DNA of 63,995 nucleotides, filler included, from Octopus bimaculoides (taxonomy: Eukaryota), in NCBI RefSeq assembly GCF_001194135.2. It is 6 parts of 5 records of this genome, joined end to end, with 100 filler letters (N's around TTAATTAATTAA, not from the genome) between each part and the next. Parts side by side here need not be neighbours in the genome. Positions count along the whole stretch, not along the records: positions 1 to 18,581 come from NC_068983.1; 5 more parts are not named here. The stretch is one strand, 5' to 3'. Positions 1-11,210 of the stretch are shown piece by piece. Within the stretch, counting starts at the first letter, position 1, and each line of letters begins with the position of its first letter. The notes under the pieces were generated by a model, which was not told where the DNA came from, searched no databases, and was given only the letters and a program-made list of their open reading frames with translations. The position numbers and the translations under genes were made by a program.

Positions 1-768
1 CGTTGCGAGGAAATTTTTACAATAGAATGTCTTATATGAATTTTTGTTTATTCCGCCTCTTGATTAGGACAGATTTGTGCAATTTTCCGTAAAAAAACTT
101 TGTTGGGAATTTCTTTTTCCTTTTTAAACTATTTACATGTCTGTTGGACCGTTTCACATGATCTTATTCATTAAAACTTAACAAAACTTGGGAAGTTCTT
201 ACAACTTTGGTCGTCGTAATGCTTTGCTTTCGTTTGTTTAATAAAAATTCCTCCTCGTAATGATTTTGCTTTCATTTTGTGATAGACAGCTATCATGCAG
301 AAAATGCCAGCTTCCAAATTCTGTTTTCTGATTAGGTAAAAATGATTAAACTTCAAACTTCAGTAACATTTTTCTGCTATTTTTCTGGAATAATTAAATA
401 GCAAAATCGGATTTTACGTGGAAAATTATTTCAATATACCGAATTTGAAACTTTTGATGTAATTTTGAAATCTCACAATATGTGACAGAAAAAGAGAAGA
501 CCCTACAAAAGTAGAGAGACAGACGGTTATAGGACATCGCGCGCGCGCGCGCACACACATTTACAAACGTACACACAAGTAATCACGAGTTTAAAACGGT
601 GTATAGTAGACATATGTATGTATGTATGTGTGTGTGTCTGTTTGTCTTTCTGTGTGCGAGTGTTTCTTTCCTATGGACAGTAGAAAAGCTACCTTCTCCC
701 TCTCTCCTTAAAGTTACATATTCCTCACCTTTTTCCCCTTCCTCGGCATTTTAAAAGTTACTTATGTG

Positions 769-806
<38 letters not shown>

Positions 807-865
807 CATATATCTATGTATTTATGGAAGTATGTATGCAGCGTGGCGTGTATATGACAGCTGTA

Positions 866-1180
866 TTAACGTTATTATCCCATTGCCGCTTAGACAACGC
901 TGTTCTCCCTTTACCCGATATCAGTCACCCTCACTCTGTCAGCATATTTCTATATTTCCTTCATATTAATACTCTTTGCACCCTTCTCATTTTATCATAT
1001 AATTCGCCCAAGCCCCCTAGGGGGCACATTATAGATTTTTATTGAAATCTAATTAGTCTATTATTGAACTGGGTGTTAGTTTAATATGTTTGCAAAGTTT
1101 ATTGAAGATTGGTTCGCTGGTTTAGGCAGTAAAATGGTAACAGACAGAAAGACAGAAATTGCCATTTATATATAAGATAT
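866..1180 (-). mobile_element. Possible non-autonomous Helitron/Helentron-like element
   Basis: The minus-strand terminus reads TCTTATATATAAATGGCAATTTCTGTCTTTCTGTCTG, in the style of invertebrate non-autonomous Helitron 5' ends. Internal perfect palindrome GCCCCCTAGGGGGC at 1012-1025. The other end is not resolved. Confidence 0.35.
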
Positions 1181-1699
1181 ATGTGTATATACGCGCGCGC
1201 GCCTGAACTTATAAATTGTGTATGCGCGCACAACATGATACTAGAGTGATATATAGCAATTGACTAAGTTCCAAATTTTTCAAAGATCTTATGTAACTAC
1301 TCGATTTCTTATGGAAGTTCATAAAATATGACATGCTTTTTCTGGGCATTGACGAATCAAAATTCACCATACACTGATATTTCTATCTGTAACATCTTTA
1401 GTTAGGATCGGGTTCTGGATGATGGAGTGTAATATTTGTTTTTGAAAAGCTTCTCTCCTTTTGCGAAAGGACATATCAAACAAAGACTGGCTCTTTGCAA
1501 GTAACGTTACACACCTTGTCTGCTGCATTTAAAAACAACCAAAATATGAAAAGTTGTGACGAGCACTTCGGTGTAAGAGGCTCCTACAAAGCTAAGACAG
1601 CGATATACTTCCAATTGAAGGCTGATGGTATTCCACTTCATTAAAACATTCCCGCTCACTCAACTTTCCACCTCTTGCCATTTTTGACCTGTCTAACAC

Positions 1700-1835
1700 C
1701 CTCGGCCTAGCAGTAACTATTATTACCAGTGCTTTCTTCCCCAGAACATCGCTCTTTGGAATCTTCTCTCAGCTCATGCTTTTCAAGAAGGTATTCTCCT
1801 GCAACAGTGTCAACGGAACATTAATGGCGTCAAAC
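1700..1835 (+). mobile_element. Degraded LINE ORF2 C-terminal fragment (CR1/Jockey-like)
   Basis: Translates YYQCFLPQNIALWNLLSAHAF..LQQC..NIN, resembling the SFFPRT..LWN.LP motif at the end of CR1/L2/Jockey ORF2. Confidence 0.45.
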
Positions 1836-1904
1836 TCACCGATCCCGGAGGGCCTGTCTCTAGAGGTCATGACCAATACTCCTTCCTCAAGACTTCAGAA
1901 GTTA

Positions 1905-2093
1905 TAATTTTTGTGGGGAGGGGGACAATCGATTACACTGATCCCAGTAGGCAACTGGTACTTAATTTATCGACCTGGAAAGGATGAAAGGTAAAGTCGA
2001 CCTCAGCGGAATGTGAACTCAGAACGTAGCGACGGGTGAAATACCGCTAAGCATTTAGTCTAGGGTGCTAACGATTCTGCCAGCTCGCCGCCT
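1905..2093 (-). mobile_element. tRNA-derived SINE family B copy
   Basis: Reverse complement of the GGCGGCGAGCTGGCAGAATCGTTAGC...GAGTTCA head plus the CATCCTTTC..GGTCGATAAATTAAGTACCAG body; recurs at several loci in the window. Confidence 0.85.
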
Positions 2094-2109
2094 AAGTTAT
2101 AATAAAAAT

Positions 2110-2318
2110 AATTCTTTCTATTATAGGTACAAGACCTGAAATTTGGGGCAGGGGGCAGTCGATTACAGTGATCCCAGTACTCAACTGGTATTTATTTTAT
2201 CGATTCCAGGATAGGCAAAGTAGACCGAGACGGCTTTTGAACTCAGAACGAAAAGGCGAACGAAATGCCACGAAGCATTTTGTCCGGCGTGCTAACGATT
2301 CTGCCAACTCGCCGCCTT
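2110..2318 (-). mobile_element. tRNA-derived SINE family B copy (tandem with the previous copy)
   Basis: Same head, body and tail as 1905-2093, including the GGTCTTGTACCTATAATAGAAAGAATTATT tail. Confidence 0.85.
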
Positions 2319-2323
2319 AACAT

Positions 2324-2324
2324 C

Positions 2325-2367
<43 letters not shown>

Positions 2368-2388
2368 GCAGCAGCAGCAGCAGCAGCA
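2324..2388. repeat. (CAA)n(CAG)n compound microsatellite, non-coding
   Basis: Direct inspection. Confidence 0.95.
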
Positions 2389-3020
2389 GGTGTCTGAATA
2401 CAACATTTTGCAAAATCTCATTTATCAAAAAAACAATTTGTGAAATAAAAGTCGTTAGATGCTCGTTCATTGGTTTGTCTGAAAGTGAAATAGTGCATTC
2501 TCGGATATTTTTAGATCCAAGAATTCCACCACACTACTTAGTTCCAGATCCGAAATTTTCAGTATATGAAAATGNNNNNNNNNNNNNNNNNNNNNNNNNN
2601 NNNNNNNNNNNNNNNNNNNNNNNNNNNNNNNNNNNNNNNNNNNNNNNNNNNNNNNNNNNNNNNNNNNNNNNNNNNNNNNNNNNNNNNNNNNNNNNNNNNN
2701 NNNNNNNNNNNNNNNNNNNNNNNNNNNNNNNNNNNNNNNNNNNNNNNNNNNNNNNNNNNNNNNNNNNNNNNNNNNNNNNNNNNNNNNNNNNNNNNNNNNN
2801 NNNNNNNNNNNNNNNNNNNNNNNNNNNNNNNNNNNNNNNNNNNNNNNNNNNNNNNNNNNNNNNNNNNNNNNNNNNNNNNNNNNNNNNNNNNNNNNNNNNN
2901 NNNNNNNNNNNNNNNNNNNNNNNNNNNNNNNNNNNNNNNNNNNNNNNNNNNNNNNNNNNNNNNNNNNNNNNNNNNNNNNNNNNNNNNNNNNNNNNNNNNN
3001 NNNNNNNNNNNNNNNNNNNN

Positions 3021-3062
<42 letters not shown>

Positions 3063-3329
3063 ACTTGCATGTATTTATGTATATGAAAGTATAAAACATA
3101 AGGGACATCAATCTTAAGATCTGTTGCCGTCTTCGAAAATAACGACAATGATTTTCCTTCATCAGGTTTGGTCTCAGTCTTCTTTTACAATTTAATTCTT
3201 AAGATGTTTTATAAAAAAACACAAAACGGTCACAACTATTTCACTAAACTTGTACTTCATTTATCGACCCCGGGAGGATGACAAGTAGAATTTTCCCCCG
3301 AGAGAGAAAGGACGGTGATCCCATAATTC

Positions 3330-3700
3330 TACCAGTCCATCAGTTCTTCGTAGTCGTGCTGCTTTCGCGGATTCCCATAACTCCCTGTCACCATCCAATT
3401 CCATTAGTATGAGTTTGAATAGATTGCTTGAGACATCGTGAATATTTCATTAGCTGATTACACAACCAGGAATGCCACCCCCATGGATGTATTGCAGTTA
3501 CTCTCTTGATAGAGCTTGGTGATCCTAACCGTTGATCTTCTAGGATTCTTTTGCTCAGCATCAATGTAAGAATATTGTTAGCTCAGTTGAACTCTTCTGC
3601 TACCTCTTCACAATCCGCCATGCTGCAATCCCGTGACTTCACCGTATCCCTGGAAGAGTGGCTGTAGAGGTGCTATGCTTTGTCAAATGGCTTGATTGCC
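3330..3700 (-). mobile_element. Degraded RTE-type LINE 3' end fragment
   Basis: The minus strand ends MELDGDRELWESAKAARLRRTDG, resembling the RTE C-terminal DR..W motif; heavily decayed. Confidence 0.4.
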
Positions 3701-4064
3701 ATCCCATGAAGTATTTTCAAAGTACCCGAATACCCAAAGTCCCTCCGTAATTCTTATATGAATTTAGAAAAATTGTTAGAAATTCAAATCCGGCAACTGT
3801 ATTCACATTTGGGTCAATTATTCTATTTTACATTTAGCCAGTTTAAATAGCCATTAATGCCACCATCTGTCGAATTAAACAAAGTCTGTAAGATGTTCAT
3901 TTGAGTCTCTCTTCAAATGCTGCGCATCTTCTACATACGCTAATATATGTAGGAAATCATGAAATTGTGAAGATATATGTACACATTGTATGCGTGTTTA
4001 CATGCGGCTGTATATGATATGTATTTTTCTATACGGAATATATCAGCCGTAATATCTTGAGACA

Positions 4065-4275
4065 ACAAACTGGCAAAATCGTTAGCACGCCGGGTAAAAT
4101 GATTAGCGGTATTTCGTCCGTCCTTACGTTCTGAGTTAAAATTCCACTGAGTTCGACTTTACCTTTCATCCTTTCGGGTCGATAAAATAAGTATCAGTTG
4201 AGCACTGGGGTCGATGTAATCCACTTACCTCTTCCCCAAAACTGCTGGTCTTGTGCCAAAATTTGGAACTAGTAT
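4065..4275 (+). mobile_element. SINE family B copy
   Basis: CTGGCAAAATCGTTAGCACGCCGGG...TTCTGAGTTAAAATTCC...CATCCTTTCGGGTCGATAAAATAAGTA. Confidence 0.8.
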
Positions 4276-4324
4276 CTTCTATTTCTCAAATTTGAGGATA
4301 TCTCATTCGCGTACTTACAGTTGA

Positions 4325-4530
4325 TGTTGTTATTGTTTAGATTTGTTCATCTCTAACCGAGCGCGCTTATAACTGAAACCGTAGCCATTCCATTATATTT
4401 TCAAGTTTAGTATCTAAACCACATCATTCATCCAATATATATCTTTTTTTCCTTTTCCAAGATGATAAGGTATAGATTGAGGGAGATTTCTAGCAGGCCG
4501 ATCGACTACATAAATGTTGGTCCCCTAACT
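4325..4530. repeat. Interspersed repeat family D, degraded (related copies at about 25295-25450, 31580-31750 and 31850-32030)
   Basis: Recurring motifs TTGTTTAG.., GACCAT..GTC, TTATCCA..GTGTCC..CCTTTT and AGATTTGGCT.CTATTTCTAGCA; each copy retains only some of them. Confidence 0.5.
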
Positions 4531-5084
4531 GATGTTATGTCATAAAGGAGATAATTATGAACGTTGTGATTGGAAATTTGTATGATCTAAATTAAGCATC
4601 TCACCAAGTGAGCCAACATCCTGATTTGTGCTAGCAGATAAGATATTTTGTTTTTTACATATCGTCCCAATTCAAGGATATCTCAGAACATTGCGCCACT
4701 GAGTGGTGCCAATCAGATAAACTACTACAATACCTTGGGGTGATTTATGATATTTATAGACACCGCTGAATTTGCTGTCGGAAAGATAGCACCAAAGAGC
4801 AAGTACCGTACAAACTTACTTTTGTCTTTGTTTCTTCGCATTCTGAGTTCAAATGCCATCAGAGTTAACTTTGCTATTTCATGCTCCGGAGCATTTATAA
4901 TATAATGGGATCGATTCGATTGAATCTTACCTTTGAATTTGTGGAATTATGTCAAGGCAAGAAATTGATATCTTCATCATTAAATATTTTTAGAAAAGTT
5001 TGTTACTCCCTTGAAGTCTTATCCTTTAAATAATTTCTCTGTAATTCTTTGAACTTCCGCCGATCAATTTTATCGCAATTTCCT

Positions 5085-5108
5085 AACACTATCTTTCTTT
5101 TATTTCAG
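5085..5108 (+). promoter_or_regulatory. 3' splice acceptor upstream of the start codon (implies an unlocated upstream exon)
   Basis: atctttcttttatttcag polypyrimidine tract plus CAG, 18 nt before the ATG; the frame stays open from the acceptor to the ATG. Confidence 0.55.
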
Positions 5109-5126
5109 TTAATTCCAGAAACTTTA

Positions 5127-5275
5127 ATGAAATCTCCAACAGAAATGGTTTCAAATATTGCTGGACAAAATATAACAATACCTATTGATCTTTTTAAAGA
5201 TTTCGAAAACTTGAAGAATGCAACTAAATTAGACTCAGCCACTTTGATGAGGAAGTTGCTCACTGACTTTCATAA
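5127..5275 (+). CDS. Coding exon 1 of a C2H2 zinc-finger gene (MKSPTEMVSNIAGQNITIPIDLFKDFENLKNATKLDSATLMRKLLTDFH-K); ribbon-helix-helix-like segment
   Basis: ATG at 5127, downstream of a pyrimidine tract and CAG acceptor ending at 5108. Consensus donor AA|GTAAGT at 5276. The phase-2 splice joins in frame to the acceptor TTTCAG at 6554 (AA+A = Lys, then CTG at 6556, in frame with the 6586 ORF). Confidence 0.8.
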
Positions 5276-6554
5276 GTAAGTTTAACGATCTCTCTGTTCA
5301 TACATTCCGCATTGTTTATACGACGTTGTATATAGTTATAGTTGACATTACTTGCTACAAACATAAATTTCCTTGTAAAACATTTTAACACATCATATAC
5401 TCACGCACACACACATTTTTCAATCGATGCTCATATCGCCATTTAGTCATTTATAAGGTAGAAATAATAAGTTTGTGTAGCGTTAAAGTATATTAACAAA
5501 CTTAGCAAAATAAACTTCAGACAGGAATCGAAACCGAATCATGAACTTGAGAGTTCTGATAAACACTAGAACGCCGATTAAATGTATTTCAAGACGCAGG
5601 CTTTTCTTTCTACTGTCTGAATTTAAATAGGTGTGACTTGTCGATAAAGTGACTACCGGTATTACGCTGAGTATAATTTACGATTCTGTCCATCTCTGAT
5701 ATACTTTGCGTAAATTCAAAATAAATATTTATTACTCCCATTCAAATGAGGCGGAGATGAAGTGATACAGAAGCGACATCTTATTTTACTCTTCACGGCT
5801 TCCAAAATTCTGTCATTCTGAGGTCAACAAATTAACTACTAACGAAACAAACAGAAGGATTAATAAAGCTTAAATATGCTAAATCAAAAATCATTATTAC
5901 TTTGTATTTATGACTGGTGTATTTCAATTTCGCTTTAGAGACATTAACCTATTAACACTAATGAATTCTCTCACCATTAGAGTTGTAGCATCCAATTTAC
6001 TTAAGGAAAAATGTGGTAGGAATTGTAATTACATTTGTAGATCTATTCAAGCACACACGATCAAACCTAGAATGAATCGATTATGTTACTATCGGGCTAG
6101 TTTTCTCAATTCCCAAATGTTTCATAACTGGTCGCCATTTGTTAAGTCAAACAGTAGTATATAGTTTTGAATAATATATAGAGGCTTAGTCAATTCATAT
6201 AGAGAAGCCCCTACCCAACTCCCATGGTTGTATGTTAAAGCATACAGGAATCTAATTACACATTCATAGTGATGTTTCACTACAATTGTTTTGTTTATGT
6301 TAGTCGTTTAAAAGTTCATGTTTCAAATGTTTGCTTTCAAATATTCTGTTAAGTTGAAAGTGTCTTTGTTTATGATCTACAAATAAATTAATAGAGAGTT
6401 GATAATTCCTTTTAGGATATTGTACTTTATATTTTTTATACTATTTTCTAATTTTTATTTTTAAAATCTTTCAAACGTTTAATTATTTTTATAAGTTATA
6501 ATTTCTCTCTTATTTTTATTGCCGTTTTCACTTCAATTACTGGTGTTATTTCAG

Positions 6555-9066
6555 ACTGAAAGAACCAGACAGTTCCAACTTCGTTTTGCCAGAAGAAAAT
6601 ATAGCACAAATATCTACAAGTGACTATTCTGAGAAGGCAATAAAGGCAGCAATCGATGCTAACCGCAAACGCATTAAGAAAGAAGACGTGTCTTCTTGCT
6701 ATGAGTGTTCCCCAAGTACTACCATAGCAGACTTAAATACCAGTTTAAGTACCGAATCAGATATCCCGATGGTCAATGGTAACAATAGTCCTGAATTGTG
6801 TGCCAGAAACAAAGATCTCCCACTAAATCAATTTAATATCAAAAGGAAACCTGTAACAGCGAGATTTAAGGTCGCTAAAGTCGTCTGCAAAGAGGAAGAA
6901 AATTCGTCCCTCAATGACAGCTACGGAGTAGATGTGGTACATGGATCGAAATTATTTCAGTCTAAATTAGAACATGAAAATGATAATTCAGTTTGTGAAG
7001 ACAATGTCTTCTACAATAATACTATAAACACGACAGATACAAGAATCTGCCAACCATCCAATGTAGCAAATCCATATTACTATTCTAGTTGTCAGCCTGT
7101 TTCACTGAAAGCAAACCATTTAAGAAATGTTCATACAGTAACAAAGTCAGTCGATCATTCGAAGAATATTTATACACCAAACAATAAAGTAAATTGCCAA
7201 GATGACGGAAGCTACCGAGAATCAGACAGTGAAACGCCATTAGACTTAAGTATTGTAAAATTAGAACCACATTCTTCACATACATCTCTAACTTCATCAC
7301 CTGTACCATCACCAGAAAATGAGCATTTGCACTATCAAAGTAGCAGTAATTGTAGGGACGATATTCATACTGTCAACGTTGAAAATGAGAAAAGTAACCG
7401 TACAGAATATTTTGGAATGCAAGCACATAGAGATAATTCTCCATCTCCAGAGCTAGCACCCACTCAACTTGATGTTAACCAAACTGTTATTAAAAGTAAT
7501 AGTTCATCACCTGAGATAATGAATGTCACACCTGATAAACAGATACGTCCAGATGTAGCGTCTCAGGTATTTAATGTGAAGCAACTGCCAACACAAGTTC
7601 CAAATTGTAATGAAACTCAATTAATTTTGCCATCACAGTTGAATTCGCCTTGCCTCAATGAGGCATCGCCACAAATCGCTAGCAACTATTTTTCAATCCC
7701 AACGCAAGGACCTAGACCAGTTCCAGTTCCAACAAATGTGGTAACATTACAGAAAAATGATAACTGTATGTATGTTTATCCAATGGGTTTTCCAACTTTG
7801 ACAACTATTCCGCAAGGGAGTCATCCAATAGGATTACCTATAATGTCTCAAGCCATGTTGCCTGTACCCAAAATCGATCCATCTCAACAAATAGGACCGA
7901 ACAAACCCTTGGAACAAGACCAATTGAAACTAGTTGCTGAAAGTAATATCTTTCCTGGTGTTTACACTAGCATTTTGAAACTTTCTTCTCACAAAAGATC
8001 TCGTTCAAAGCCTGAAAAGTTGATCTCAGCCCCTGTGTCACAAGTAATCCCTACCACTTCGAGTGTACCAATTCAGCCTATAAATACGCAGACTGTTATG
8101 TTCTTTCCTACCATGCAGCAAATGCAAACATCATGCTTACCAACAAATTCTGTAAATAATGTTCAATCCACTCCATCTTCAACTGTAACAGTTACTACAA
8201 TTGCTCAGGGTAATATCTCATCGCCGAGAGAGTGTGTAACAATGACGTCAGCAGGACAGACTAGTACCCAAACAACAGGTTCGAACCAGCAGTCGATTAT
8301 TATGGTCTATCCTCATACTGGAATTTCAGCATTAGGAAAACCAGTTCGTCGAAGAGGAAGGCCACCGAAACTGCCAATGCTCACACAATTACTGATAGAT
8401 AAAAAACCGAAATTAAACGTAAACCAAATTAACGAAGAAAAAAAACTTAAGGTTGAAAATCAGAGTGAGTGTTCAATAGTGCCGACACCTTTTCCAGCGA
8501 TGAGCAGCAATATCAAACCAGAAATAAAAAGATCTCACGAGAAGGATTGCGTTGAAATCATACCTGATTCTCCGGCAAACGTTATTGGAGACAAAGATAA
8601 CGATAAATTAAAACATTTTGAAACACCTTTGGAACCTAAAAAATCAGAATCATTATATCAAGAAATGATTTTATCTCCTAAGTCTTTAAAAAACATAAAG
8701 CCTCGCAAGTCGCATTCTGCCAATGATTTCATGAAGCCGAATGCTAATTTTATATGTACATCATTCAGAATTCGGCCGAGAGCGTTCAGAACACGGCGAA
8801 ATGGTGGCACTCGAGGCCGGAAGAGCTCGAGATTGTCCCAGCCAGTGCAGTCGGAATCTATCACGTCTCCATTACAACAGCAGATAAACCAGCAGCAGCT
8901 GGAGTTTCAGCAACAGCAGTTGCAACAACAGCTACAACAACAATTACAACAACAGCAGCAGCAACAGTTGCAACAGCAACAACAAAAGAAGATGCAAGAA
9001 CAACAGCAGCAACTTCAACAGCAACTTCAACAACAGCTGCAACAACAGCTACAACAGCAACAACTG

Positions 9067-9098
<32 letters not shown>

Positions 9099-10230
9099 AC
9101 AACAGCAGCAGCAACAGCAGCAGTTACAAAATGTGCAACAGCTGCAGACACTGAAACAACACCAACCACTGCTGAAGCTTTCTCCAACTCAGATGCATGA
9201 ACATGATGATGAAGACGATGAAGAACAAGATGCAGAAGAGGAAGAAGACGGAAACGAAGTATTAAAAGAGAGGGAAGGAAAGATTCTTGACAGTCCCTCA
9301 AAGTCCTTGCACTGTAACGATGTCAACTCAAATTCGTCTGATGACCGACAGACTGAAGATGATTTCTTGGAGTTTTCATCAGGTAAAAATCTTTTCCAAG
9401 AGCTTTATCACTGTAAAATATGCAACGACATTGTCTCTTCAGACGAAAAAGTCTCGCATCAAAGGCAACACGTTCCCGTGCGATTCTTCTGTCAGTCATG
9501 TGGGATGGAGTACCAATGCTTCTGGGTAAAGAGCCCAGTTACTGAAGACGATAACCCACCGGAACCGATGGAATGTGACCGATGTAATACCCATTTCTCC
9601 AGTCAAAAATACGATTTCAGTTGCTGCCTGCAAATACAAAATGGTAATATTCTGTGTGATCTATGTGTCGAACAGTTTCGGACTTTCACACAATTTTATG
9701 ACCATCGAAATAAATTTCACCCTAACAGTCCCACAACTCCTGCTAACCATTATGTGTGTGATAGTTGCGACAAAGTTCTTTACTCTGCGAAAGCACTCCG
9801 TTATCATCGGAAGTTACATTTAGACCGTACAGTACAGTGCACTATTGGTGATTGCCCAAGGTTCTTTCAGAATAACATGGAGTTGTCACGTCATATACGC
9901 GAACAGCACGACAAAATGAAAGAGTTCTTTTGCATATATGACGGCTGCAACAAGAAATTTATGAAAAATTTTCATCTACAAGAACATGTACGCGTAAAGC
10001 ACTTCAACATCCGGGCATTTCGTTGCTCGTGGCCCGGATGTACGAAAGAGTTTGCAGCAGAGCGACATCTCAAAGTGCATCTCTTAATCCACAAGGACGA
10101 AAAACCTCTAAAGTGTGACTTTTGTGAGTATAGATGTCGTCAGCGAAATGCCTTAAATTGGCACATGCGCAAACACCCTGAAGCACCTTATAAATATAGA
10201 AAATTTTCAATTAATTCATCGGACTGTTGA
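6555..10230 (+). CDS. Coding exon 2 of an AT-hook/poly-Q/C2H2 zinc-finger protein, ZFP91/ZNF653/ZNF692/ZNF276-like; about 1274 aa with exon 1
   Basis: Uninterrupted ORF of more than 1200 codons. It has an RRRGRPPK AT-hook, a long Q-rich tract, an acidic D/E tract, six canonical C-x2/4-C-x12-H-x3/4-H fingers and one atypical finger. The last finger KDEKPLKCDFCEYRCRQRNALNWHMRKH closely resembles the GEKPLQCEICGFTCRQKASLNWHMKKH finger recalled for the ZFP91 family. Confidence 0.95.
8344..8373 (+). other. AT-hook motif (VRRRGRPPKL) within the zinc-finger CDS
   Basis: Canonical R-G-R-P core flanked by basic residues in the translation. Confidence 0.85.
8875..9147 (+). repeat. Coding CAA/CAG poly-glutamine tract interrupted by Leu
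   Basis: Mixed CAG/CAA codons translating to QQQL-type repeats followed by a pure Q run. Confidence 0.95.
9412..10176 (+). other. C-terminal C2H2 zinc-finger array (6 canonical, 1 atypical, plus extra CxxC pairs)
   Basis: Spacing counted in the translation: CKIC-x11-H (atypical); CDLC, CDSC, CTIGDC, CIYDGC, CSWPGC and CDFC, each followed by x12-H-x3/4-H. Confidence 0.92.
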
Positions 10231-10676
10231 AATTGATAAAAAGAAATTATTTATTTATACATTTATACTTGTTGTTGTTTTTTCTTTTGGTTTTGTTTTT
10301 GAAATTTGCATTTGCTTCCATGAGTACATGCTTGTAGGGCACCGTAAAATTATGATGAGCTCCAGTGAGTCGACTCTACAGTGTAGGTTTGATTTCCAGT
10401 TGGAGTATTTGGCTATACGTGGCAATTGTCATCCGTTTTGGGTTGTCTAGAAACGGTTGACTTGAAAACGAAGGGACCCTCCAACGTTCCATGGCATCCG
10501 GATGCTAGTAAGAAGTGAAATAATAACCATAAAATGATATTGTAATAATAGAAAGAGAACGAGAACCAATTGATAATTGGTTCTAGCTGAAAACACTCAT
10601 ATATAAAGATATATGTACTGTGCGGACTATAGAAATATACTGAATTAGACATTATGTTTATATCTAAAATATACAA

Positions 10677-10682
10677 AATAAA
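10677..10682 (+). terminator. Candidate polyadenylation signal AATAAA of the zinc-finger gene
   Basis: AATAAA about 450 nt after the stop codon; motif only. Confidence 0.3.
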
Positions 10683-10989
10683 TAGATTCTGCTAATGCAG
10701 TGTGGATCTAATTGCAGAATAATTGGCAACAAAATTAGTAGCTAATTAGGAAAAGATGCTAGTTGTAATAATTAGAAGACTAATCCAGAAACCAATGTGG
10801 TAATAGATGAAATGAACAAAGAAAATCAGGCCAAGTAGCGTAAACAAAGATATAAATTAATAGATTGTCACGTGTTTCATTGGAGTCCAATTTTATAGAT
10901 AGGTCAACTAAATAGAAAAAGGTTGACGGCGAAAAACACCTTTAGGATCAGATTCAGAGGTAACCTAGTGTATAGCATTTTGTTTATAT

Positions 10990-11210
10990 TCTTTTACTTG
11001 TTTCAACCATTTGTCTGCGGACATGCTAGAGCACCGCTTCAAGGGTTTTTTAGTCGAAGAAATCGACCCCAGGAATTATTCTTTGTAAACCTAATACTTA
11101 TCCTACCGGTCATTTTGACTGAACAACTAAGTTACGTGGACGTAAACACACCAACATCGGTTGTCAAGCGATGGTGGGTGAGAAACACAGACCAGAGACA
11201 CGCGCATAAA
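10990..11210 (-). mobile_element. SINE family A, 3' half (adjoins a CA repeat and gap)
   Basis: CTTTTACTTGTTTCA..CATGCTAGAGCACCGC..AATCGACCCCAGG..GTTGTCAAGCG; matches other copies. Confidence 0.85.

Noticed and set aside
171-356. 61-aa minus-strand ORF or exon with a GTAAGA donor at 202
   Set aside because: Unrecognisable peptide in AT-rich sequence containing a small internal duplication; could equally be UTR
3125-3170. Minus-strand CTGATGA...GAA hammerhead candidate
   Set aside because: Two extra bases before stem II, GAAG instead of GAAA, and no stem I or III pairing
7085-9823. Alternative-frame and antisense ORFs inside the zinc-finger exon (e.g. 8754-9200 Thr/Ala-rich, 8861-9301 Val/Ala-rich)
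   Set aside because: Shadows of the CAG/CAA poly-Q tract and the main CDS
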